A stretch of DNA of 64,000 nucleotides from Malacoraja senta (lineage: Eukaryota): positions 14,758,001 to 14,822,000 of the forward strand of contig CM075990.1 in assembly GCA_038087875.1 (NCBI GenBank), written 5' to 3'. The notes below the pieces were generated by a model that had not been told where the DNA came from, did not search any database, and saw only the letters and a program-made list of their open reading frames with translations. This document shows, in pieces, positions 50,422 through 60,692 of this stretch (positions are counted from its first letter, which is position 1; every line of letters starts with the position of its first letter). A program made the translations under genes and the position numbers.

Positions 50422-51793
50422 CCTTCATATTGTAGGATACTTGGATTGAAATGGGTCCTCCTAACAAATAAATGGATTTATTATTATCCGGCCTGTTTTC
50501 CTGGCACAGTCCTACATGTATTATTGGTCCCTGGGCAAACCATGTTTCCAGTCCATGAAATATATCTTTGGCAGTCAAGCAGATCTTCTGTTGATCTGTA
50601 GGTGTCAAGTTTGACTATTGACATGGAACCAGAAGCCCTCTGCATGTTCACACACAAGTGCCCGAGGAGACTGCAGAACATGCACATTCCCCTTTCTATC
50701 CCACCTTGGCAAGCCCCCCTTCATGTTGCAGCTGCCCAGAGCCAATTGCCTGAAGGATCCAAACACCAGCAATTTCTTGATTAGGTTGGCCACTGATCTG
50801 GTCCTATCTCATGTAACGCCAAAGTGCTTCCCCGAAGAGTTGCTCAAAAGGAATGAGAGCTGCAATAATATTCCCCTTGGTCATCCTAGTGTACCATGGA
50901 CAGCTACAGCATCCTACACTCATCTTGGTGAACTTGATGCATATGAACAATCAAACATCACTTGCTGCCAGTGAGCACACCTGAATTAAAATGAACCAAA
51001 CAAGAATTATTAATTAAGAATGTTGATATCCAAATCAGGTGGCCAAATCTCCACAGCTGCTCGTGAGCAAAGTTTTGAAAGAATTTTTAAAAAGAATATG
51101 ATAACGAAAAACATGAATCATATTCTGGACCAGATCCAGTGAACTGTTTACGCATCCAATAAAAGATACAGCAAACAATCTGATTAAAGATTGCACTTTC
51201 CAAATTCAAGCAGTTTGTTATTGATATCTTAGGTCTATTTACCAATGTGTGCCATTAATTATTTGCGATGAATATAGGTTTCAAGATGCGATTTGGGAAT
51301 ACGCAGCAGGTTGTGAAGGAGTTTAAGTTGACTACTTCTGACTGTGAAGGATTTGGCACCCACTGTCTGGTCATTAACCAATCACATGTGAACCAATGGC
51401 CAGAAGACTGTCAGCTGAACTACAGCTGGCCTGGTTTATGTCCGACCTGTTTGGAATTGAACTCTGATGTAAAACAGTTACCTAACTTTTCATAACTGGC
51501 ATTTGCAAAAACTTCAGTTCAGAACATCTGTTTGGAAATTTGTAATTATTACAACTGTAATTATTTTATAACATGAATTTGAATATCCGTGTCTTCAACA
51601 ATTTAAACAAATTATTGGAAATATAGCTTTTAGAGATGGCATGGACAAACATACTTTCTCCAGATTTGGTTTGTCAACATTTACATGTAAATAAACAATT
51701 AATACTTGCATCTTTTTCATGTTACAACAGTGATGCCACTATCAAAGTATTTTATTGGGTTCAGGTTTCTTTGGAACACCCTTGTGTCCTGAA

Positions 51794-52343
51794 AGTTTTG
51801 GTCTCCAAATCTGAGGAAGGACATTATAGCCATAGAGGGAGTGCAGAGAAGGTTCACCAGACTGATTCCTGGGATGTCAGGACTTTCATATGAAGAAAGA
51901 CTGGATAGACTTGGCTTATACTCGCTAGAATTTAGGAGATTGAGAGGGGATCTTATAGAAATGTACAAAATTCTTATGGGGTTGGACAGGCTAGATGCGG
52001 GAAGATTGTTCCCGATGTTGGGGAAGTCCAGGACAAGGGGTCACAGCTTAAGGATAAGGGGAAATCCTTTAAGACCGAGATGAGGAAAAACTTTTTCACA
52101 CAGAGAGTGGTGAATCTCTGGAACTCTCTGCCACAGAGGGTAGTTGAGGCCAGTTCATTGGCTATATTTAAGAGGGAGTTAGATGTGGCCCTTGTGGCTA
52201 AAGGGATCAGGGGGTATGGAGAGAAGGCAGGTACGGGATACTGAGTTGGATGCTCAGCCATGATCATATTGAATGGCGGTGCAGGCTCGAAGGGCCGAAT
52301 GGCCTACTCCTGCACCTATTTTCTATGTATCTATGTATCTATG
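51794..52343 (+). mobile_element. young CR1 LINE, 5'-truncated
   Basis: Nearly identical to 5959-6615 with a 1-bp frameshift; TSD tgaaag at 51790-51795 and 52342-52347. Confidence 0.95.
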
Positions 52344-52351
52344 AAAGGCAT

Positions 52352-52501
52352 AGGTAGACAAAAGTCTGAAGTCTGAAGAAGGGTTTCGGCCCGAAACGTT
52401 GCCTATTTCCTTCGCTCCATAGATGCTGCCGCACCCGCTGAGTTTCTCCAGCACTTTTGTCTACCTTCGATTTTCCAGCATCTGCAGTTCCTTCTTGAAC
52501 A
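52352..52501 (+). mobile_element. PLE hammerhead element with a 14-nt inverted 5' arm and tail
   Basis: aggtagacaaaagt is the reverse complement of the internal acttttgtctacct; core GGGT-TTCG-GCCC-GAAACGTT; TSD tcctgaaaggcatag (right copy 52502-52516). Confidence 0.85.
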
Positions 52502-53169
52502 TCCTGAAAGGCATAGTTTGTGGCAAACTAACCTCAGTGCTTTAGTACTTAGATTCATTTTGTTGTATATGCTGAAAGTCACAATTTATTTCACCAATCT
52601 TTAATTATTTTTAACAATGTAAACAATTGTGGAAGATTTAAAACTGTATCATTTGATCAATTGCTACATTAATTGCTACCATGATTTTAAAAAAAAGTGC
52701 AACTTCATTCAAATTTAATCCAGATAAAATTAAGATATATTTAGTTCAAAAGGAGGAATGGCCAAAATAACTTGCTCCATATTTTCCTGTTGATGTTAAA
52801 ATTACTTCAGAGTTTCTTCTGGACTGACCTACAGTCTGGTTACCTGATCCTGTGCCGGAATCGGATCAGCTGAATCTAGATTCTTCAGTTCTGTACTGCA
52901 CAGTACAGAACCTCCAGATCAATGTGAGACTGAAAAATGTGGATAGGTTTCTCTAATCTTGGGTTCCCATTGCTGTCACAGTCTTTTTTTTTCTTTTTAC
53001 CGTCTTGCAGAATTTTATGAGTAATTCATGTACCAACTGTATATTTCTGTATATCTGTCTGACATTCTATGCCTGTGATGCTACTGCAAACAGGATTATC
53101 ACTGTACCTGTACTTCACCAAAGTTGTGCACATGATAATAAATGTGACTTGACTTGATGTGAATTGTTG

Positions 53170-55750
53170 GAAGCCATTGGGCTCCATGACAACCACTTCT
53201 GCAGGGAGTGTGTGCAGCTCAAACTACTTTGGTTCAGAGTTGATGATCTGGAGCCCAAACCTCAGACGGAGAAAGAGATGATATCTGGATATGTTGTTCC
53301 AGGAAGTAGCTAAACCCATTGGATTTTAGTACCGTAGAATTAGTCAGTCAAGAGGCACAGGAGAGTGTGACTGTAAATAAGGCATATATGGGGAAACGGA
53401 TTGTAGTCTTTTGCAGGACCTTTGGCCCTTCCACTTATCCAGCAGATCAGATGTTCTTCAACAGGTCTTTATGTTCAAAATCATAGGAACAGAAATAGGT
53501 TATACAGCCCATCGAGTGTACTCTGCCATTTAGTTATGGCTGATCTATCTTTCCCTCTCAACCCCATTCTCCTGCCTTCTCCCCTTAACATCTCTACCAA
53601 TTATGTATCTGTCAATCCATGCCTTAAAAATACCTAATGACTTGGCCGTCTGAAGCAATAAATTCCACAGATTCACCACCCTCTGTCTAAAGATCTGAAT
53701 GAGAACAGGGTCTGGGAGTGGATAAGCAAGCTGATCAAGAACTATGGTGCACGGGGGTATTTCAATTGGGGAGTGAAGAGATATGCTGTGGTAACACGAC
53801 ACGGTTCAGGGGAAAGGTACTGGTTCCCGAGAAATGACCTGCGAGTCTCAAAGGCTGCATTACTTCCCCAGGTTAAGAACAACTCTTCAGGTTGGGGGGA
53901 TAAGATGCACTGTCCATGTGGGAACCAATGATATAAGCATCAATGTTGGTTTATTATAGACAAGTGTACCGAATACAGTGAAAAACTTTATTTGCATGTT
54001 ATCAAGGTAAAAATATCCCTACGCAAGTACAGTCGAGTACAATGGGTAGTGCAAAAGATGAAATAAACCGAATGCAGCATATAATATTACTACTGCGGAG
54101 AAACTGCAGATGAAATAAAAGTGCAAGGTCCACACCAAAGTAGATTGGAGGATTGGGAATACTTGCTTAGCCTGTGAGTGGTCCATTCAAGAGTCTAATA
54201 ACAGCAGCGAAAAAGCTGTCCAGTAATAGGGTGGTATGTACTTTTAAGTCTTTGTATCAAGTGCCCAACGGGAGAAGAGAGAATGACTGGGGTGTGAGTG
54301 ATCCTTGGTTATGGAGGAAAAAGCAAGAGTTTAAAGTGAAAGAGAAAGGACAAATTGTTTCATCCAGTGCAGCAAATGGGAAATAATAACCATATGTTGG
54401 GAGGGATCAGTACTTACAAATAAAGGGCACTGCTTCAGTTGAAGTCAGGGAAAACTGGGGTGAAAATAGAATTGGAGAATCTTATCTGAATACACAAATA
54501 ATTTACAACAACAATTAATTTAGAAATAAATAGATACAATCTAATACTCATTGTGTAGACATGGTAATAAAGTGACCAAGGCTGGGAATTGAATACTTTA
54601 GGATAGTTTAAGTGAATTGAAGCAAAATGGAAATGGTGTTGGGACATTCTGCTGTTGATGAATAGAGCGAGAGCAGAAGAGGAGAAGGATTTTGCTCAGA
54701 TTAAACAGAAGAATCGTTTTGGGTGGAACTAAGAAACAATAATGGACAGAAAGAATTGCTGGGGAGGAGGGGGTGTCATTGTATATATGCCTCTAGAAAA
54801 CAGGGTGTAATATAAATCAAGAAATTAGAAGTGTAAATAGAGTAATACAAGACCCAGGCTTGTATCTCCATGTAGATTGGGTCAAAGCAAACGGGATGGA
54901 GAATGAACACATGGAATAGATAAGAAATTGTTTTCAACGTTGAGGAACCAACAATGGAACAAGATATTTGAAATATTGTATAATATCATGAGAAATGATC
55001 CATTATATATCTTGTGGTTAAGAGTCTTTATGGAACAGTGATCACAATATGATAGAATTTGATTGAAAATAATTGTGTTCATTCTGAAACTAGTGCTTTA
55101 AATCCAAATGAAACAAGCAATAAAGGAATGAAATGGCTGATAGTTTGGGAAATTACCATGGAATGTATTATGATAAATGTAATGGCTTAAATTTTAAAAA
55201 ACATCATTTTTAATTAATATATATCCCTTAAAATAGGAAAAGTAATTCAATGGCGCCTTGAAGGACGTTAAAAGGAGTAGTCAATTAAAAATACGTCTAA
55301 ACAGCAATAAATAGTATGGGAGGGGGCGATGTAAAAGGGAACTATAGCCAATTAACGCTGACAGTGGAAGGGAAAATGTCTGGAATCTATTATGAAGGAA
55401 GCATTAACAGGACGTGGAAAATAATATTTGGTAAAATCAACATGGCTCATGAAAAGGGATTCATGTTTGACAAATCTGCTAGGATGTTTTGAGGTTGCAG
55501 CAAGTAGAACAGAGATGAGCAAACCAGTTAATGTGGTGTATCTGGATGTTCGGCAGACATTCAGTAAGAGACCACATGAAACAAACTTGAAGCTCGCTGT
55601 ACTGGGTGTAACTCACTGGAGACGATAGAGGATTGGTGAATGGGACAGAAAACTGTCGGATGGATCGTTGCGGACACATATGCTGTAACTAGTGGGGTGC
55701 AGCAGATATCAATGCTGAGGCTCCAGCTGTTTATGATCTACATCAAAGGT
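53170..55750 (+). mobile_element. ancient long CR1 relic with ORF1 (Zn-finger/coiled-coil + esterase) and ORF2 (APE, RT) remnants
   Basis: CRECVQLKLLWFRVDDLE near 53200; VHVGTNDI at 53912; SDHNMIEF near 55037; QHGLMKRDSCLTNL and VVYLD near 55440-55550; interrupted by younger CR1/Rex1 pieces. Confidence 0.75.
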
Positions 55751-56361
55751 TACAGTAAGCACACATGTCAGAGGCAGGAATAGGCCACTCAACCGCTTAT
55801 GCCTGCACTGAAATTTAATGAGGAAATGTGATCTGACTGTAACCTCAACTCTGCATTCTCATCTACCCAAGGTAACCTTTCAAGTCTTGGATATTATGAA
55901 TCATAAGATATTCAAAGACAGTCCTCCTGAAAGGGTGCTACGTGCTGTGGTGGCACTGATGACGGCAGGTTGATAATGACTGAACTGATACTCCTAGTAG
56001 GGTGAGCTCGCATAATATGGTTTATTTCTAAAGATGGACAATAGACAAAACTGCAAAAAGTTGTGAACACTGCCCAGTCCATCACGGGTTCTGACCTCCC
56101 CACCGTTGAAGGGATTTACAGGAGTTGCTGCCTGAAAAAGGCAGTCAGCATCATCAGAGACCCACACCACCTTGGCCATGCTCTCATTCCACCTCTGCCA
56201 TCGGGAACAAGGTACAGGAGCCTGAAAACTGTAATGTTCAGATTCAAATTCTTCCCTCCAGCAAATCATTCTATTAAACACTGCAACCTCCAATAAGCTC
56301 TGAACTACATACTGTAGACTATTAATGTTATTATCGTTGCTTGTTTGTTTTTTATGTGTAT

Positions 56362-56461
56362 CGAAGGTAGACACAAAATGCTGGAGTAACTCAGCGGGTG
56401 AGGCAGCATCTCTGGAGAGAAAGAACGGGCGACGTTTCGGGTCGAGACCCTTCTTCAAACT
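56362..56461 (-). mobile_element. short PLE-derived hammerhead element
   Basis: Reverse complement tttgaagaagggtctcgacccGAAACGTC...ttttgtgtctaccttcg. Confidence 0.85.
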
Positions 56462-56467
56462 TCAAAA

Positions 56468-56878
56468 GGGATGGATGTGCTTGAGAGGCGTATGAGGCGC
56501 AAGGTGCAGGTCATCATGGAATACCCCGGGCATCCCCTCCATGTAATTCTGGAGAGTCAAAAGAGCACTCGGAACAACAACCGGCTCCTCTCCCTGTGCT
56601 GTAGAACGGAGCGGTTCAGGAGATCCTTCACCCCTGCAGCCGTTAGATTTTATAATTCGGACCGCTAGGCTGTATGGGGATGCATTTATCCATTTTTTAA
56701 ATTGTTAATTATTCGTCTTTTTAAGTATTTATTGCTCTCAGCTATTGTCCACATTGTATTGTGTGTATTTTCTGTCTGCGTTCATTTTGAATGTGTGGGT
56801 TTGTTGGTTGGGGGCTTCTGGACATCTGAATTTCCCTGAGGAGATCAATAAAGTATTTATTATTATTATTATTATTAA
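56468..56878 (+). mobile_element. second Rex1/Babar-family LINE 3' end
   Basis: IMEYPGHPLH...RLLSLCCRTERFRRSFTPAAVRFYN; aatttccc...gatcaataaagta and (TTA)n tail. Confidence 0.8.
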
Positions 56879-57625
56879 ACTGAAAAAATAAATAAATATA
56901 TATATATATATATATACATACATGTGTGTGTGCAGATGTGAGTATATGTATATATACACACTGAACTTTTTTCTCTCATTTATGTTATTTACAGTGTACT
57001 ATGTTTACATATTCTATTGTGTTGCTGCAAGTAAAAATTTAATTGTTTTATCTGGGGTATATGAGAATAAAACACTTTTGACTAGTGACGAAACAGTCCA
57101 GGTCTGATGGGGTGTAGTCCTTTATCATCACTGAAGCACAATTAATAAGTGGTCATCCTCGTTCCCCTCCCTCCACTGACGACAACACCTGGGTTTATAA
57201 GGAGTGGGGCTGATGAGCTGCAGGTGAGTTGATCCACCACTAATTAGATCCAGCTGTGGCTCATTGACTGTGGCCACAGCTTAGTCCAGAGTTCTGGAGT
57301 TTTCCAGCAGCCAGGCACTGTCAGTCGGCTTCTTCTGGCCTGTCTGCCAGTGACAGGTATCGGAGTGGACTTTAGGGAGAACATGTCGTCAGAACGCAAC
57401 GTTCCAAAAATTCACAAACTTCGGAAAGGAAAAAAAAAATCACCTCATCCATTTTAAACGTTTATTTTCACACCGGCGATCCCTCAATCAAGATTGTGCG
57501 ATACTTGGGCTTGGACTTCACTGAGATCAAGGTAAGCATGTCCATCCTTCAGTCAGGACTCCAATAAACAAATCTGGCACGTACTGCAAGTTGAATTGGA
57601 AACTCGGCCAACATGGTCTTTGTCC

Positions 57626-57929
57626 ATGTTGGAGGAATTGGAGGAAATGCACCTCATATTCCGCTTGGGCAGTCTACATCCTGGGGGTTTGAACATTGAA
57701 TTCTCCCAATTCTGCTAGCCCTTGCTGTCCCCTCCCCTTCATCAGCCATCTGGTTGTCTCCTCCCCTTCCCCAGCCCTCGGGCTCCTCCTCCGCCTTTTT
57801 CCTTTTTTCCTTTCTTCTCCCCACCCCCTATCAGTCTGAAGAAGCGTTTCGGCCCGAAACGTTACCTATTTCCTTCGCTCCATAGATGCTGCCGCACCCG
57901 CTGAGTTTCTCCAGCATTTTTGTGTACCT
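57626..57929 (+). mobile_element. PLE 3' fragment (GIY-YIG end + pLTR with hammerhead)
   Basis: Near-identical to 33790-34048; perfect 13-bp TSD atggtctttgtcc at 57613-57625 and 57930-57942. Confidence 0.92.
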
Positions 57930-58994
57930 ATGGTCTTTGTCCTGTTGTGTCAGGATGGCAGTGGTGAGGAATACTGTGCTTGTGATTCTTTCTAGGCTGA
58001 AGACAAAGATATTTGTGATACCTTACATGTAGTAGCCCACTATTGTTCGAGGGAGATCACCAAGGCACTCCATGATGGAAAAAAAAGCCAACCTTTCTTC
58101 ATTGTCTTTCATCAGTGACTAGCAGGGAAAGAAAATATAGCCTGTTATTGAGTTGCATATTCTCCTCACTCTTCTCTATTTCTTGCTAGATATAGTGGGG
58201 AGTATTTAAGACTTATGACCCTCATCTGCCTCCATAACTAGTAATACTACTCTCCATTGACTCCACTGAGCACCCTTGTGAGAAGGTTCTAGAATCTAGG
58301 CTCTATACCTTATAAGTGGTTTTAGGATCCTTTGTTGGGATTGTACTTTTGGACCAGTGTTTGAATAATTACATTTTTAAGGTTTCGTGAACTTGCATTC
58401 CATTCAGTTTGGGTTAAAGGCTGATCTAATTGAGGTTTTCCCAAAGGGTGATGATTTGAATTGAGTAGAACCCATAAGGCTAACATTTGATAGCATTTCA
58501 AAATATGTGCAATCACCCTGATGCCTGACTAACTAAGCGTTTGACAGCACTGAGGCTGTACTCGCTGGAGTTTAGAAAGATGAGGGGAGATCTCATTGAA
58601 ACGTAATGAATAGTGAAAAGCCTGATGTGGAGAGGATGTTTCCAAGTTGGCACATTTTGGTTTGGAAAGCGTATGTGGAACATCTCTAATTATCAAACGG
58701 AACAACAAGTTCTTTGCTACAAATCATGTTTTTTGTAGCATTTCTCAACATTATGTCAGACCATCAAAACTGACGTCTGTGGCTCTATGACCAGGTGAAG
58801 CAATCATATGAGTAAAATACTCTTGGGGCAAATGCTTTGAACTTTGGGACATGCTGAGGATGAGTGAAAACTGAGCAGAGTTTGAAAGAAGTTGAACGTG
58901 AAGAATTTGGCGTCTGCAAGAGTCTGAGCAATCAGGGATATGGGATGTTGAAGCAAGGAACAACTTGAATTTGAAACATAGAATTAGTACATTA

Positions 58995-59575
58995 GTCATA
59001 TGTAAAATAGGTCGACGTGTCGTGACGCATGGGGTGCGCGTGGGTAACACACGCATTGCGCATGGTGAGGCGTGGAATCGCATGCAGTGGCGCGCTCCAG
59101 GATTTTGTAGTGTAACGAAATCCTCGCGCGCCACCTGCGTGATGTATCGCGTTTGCACTCTGACACATTGGCTACGCATGCTGATGCATTGAGGTTACGT
59201 CACCGTGCATCAACGTCCGTAAACATGCGATGCCCGTACGCAGTTGGCCCGCCTTTTACGCGTCATGTAATCTCTAACCTCGTCCACACAGACCTCTTCC
59301 TGGGTTTCTTGCTAGCCTTTCTTGTTGTACTCCTGCCTGGCTGATCTGTCAGTATGAGGGCTGCTGCTAACAGACGTCTCTGTTGTTGCTGTAGCAGTAA
59401 AATCTGTAGTTCTTCCATGATGGTCATGATGCAGAATAGGGAAGCAGCGTGTTCTAATGACGTCACGCGCACCAGACGGCTGTGCTGACGCATGATTACG
59501 CATGATGACACGTCGACCTATTTTACAAATGACGCGTAAATGAGGCGCAAATGACGGCCAAGTGGGACAGGCCCT
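58995..59575 (-). mobile_element. Harbinger-like deletion derivative
   Basis: Right end GTGGGACAGGCCCT|taa; subterminal IR gtcatatgtaaaataggtcgacgtgtc / gacacgtcgacctattttacaaatgac; outer left TIR missing. Confidence 0.8.
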
Positions 59576-60379
59576 TAAGACCCGATGTCTCTGCTCAATG
59601 TGTATTGTAGACTCCCTCTGAAGAACTGATCACGTAAGTTACATCTGATGTACCTGTCCACATTCAGATGTTTTGTAATACCATGGATCATATGGTGGCA
59701 ACAAGTTTAGTGGAAGAACGCAGGATTGCATGAGACAATAAATATTTGTGGAACGATCCATGTTAGAGTGTTGTTACTCAATGTATTTTGCCATTTAAAA
59801 AAAAAAAAAAATCTATTTAATATCCTGCCAGTATTATGTTCTATGAAAGATCAACATGATCAGAGTAAAGGGAAACATCGTGCACGACCAACGGTTCGTA
59901 AATAGGGAAACAATAACCGTTCAGCAGTTGGCAGAGACAAACTCTCTGTTTGGTGGAGTGACCACTTGCACTTTTATTTTGTCTTTAGTCTTTAGAAAAA
60001 GGAGCCAGACAAAAGTTGAATCAAGCTCACGACAGCAAAGTCCGGATTTGTATATTCTAAAACCCAAACATTCAAAAGTTGGTCCAGTCTGGCTCTGCCC
60101 ATTAGTCTAAAAACTTTTACCTGAGTTAAAAGTCGAATGGAGCTCCATGTTTTACCAGCAACGTTGAATGGACAAGTAGATAAAGTGCTTTTCTCATCCT
60201 TAGTTAATAAAGTCAGTTTATTGCTCTTCGCTAGTTTGTTTAGAAAGATATGCGATTGAACCTTTCCCAGTCCAACTACTAATTCAGATATTTTAAACAC
60301 CAGAGGTATAAACAAAATTAAATGTTATTTTACAACAAAACTCAGTGTTTTTTTTTTTAAAAAGAGGCAAATCGGCGTG

Positions 60380-60692
60380 GAAATCGCTTTTAAAACGTGG
60401 GGGGGGGGGGGGTGATGACACAATGAGGCCTAACATCCAGGACAGGGGGCAGCAACTTACCCCCCACGGGCTGGATGCGGCCCGTAACCCGCAGGCGTGT
60501 TTTTTTTAAATTGGTTTTCGCGACCTGCGAACTGCAGCCATTCCCGGGGCACGCAGGCGACCTGGGTGCTACAGCCAGACCTGGGGCAAGCGAGCTGACC
60601 TGGGACTGGCTGTAGCATGGGGGGGGATTGTCCCCCACCTCTCAAAACATGGGGTGGATAGGTCCCACCCCCCCCCAGGATTTCCGCCCATG
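60380..60692. mobile_element. GC-rich probable non-autonomous DNA-transposon fragment
   Basis: Abrupt GC/CpG-rich island ending ccccc...gatttccgcccatg, a typical MITE-like terminus; matching left end not found. Confidence 0.35.

Larger units (their letters stand above)
56046..57082 (+). mobile_element. Rex1/Babar LINE 3' portion with nested insertions at 56362-56878
   Basis: KLQKVVNTAQSITGSDLPTVEGIYRSCCLKKAVSIIRDPHHLGH...; UTR resumes at about 56880 and ends aataaaacacttttgact. Confidence 0.85.

Noticed and set aside
57200..57225. CTGATGA hammerhead-like heptamer
   Set aside because: No stem II followed by GAAA downstream
57440..57537. Strong donor AAG|GTAAGC
   Set aside because: No matching acceptor or recognisable reading frame
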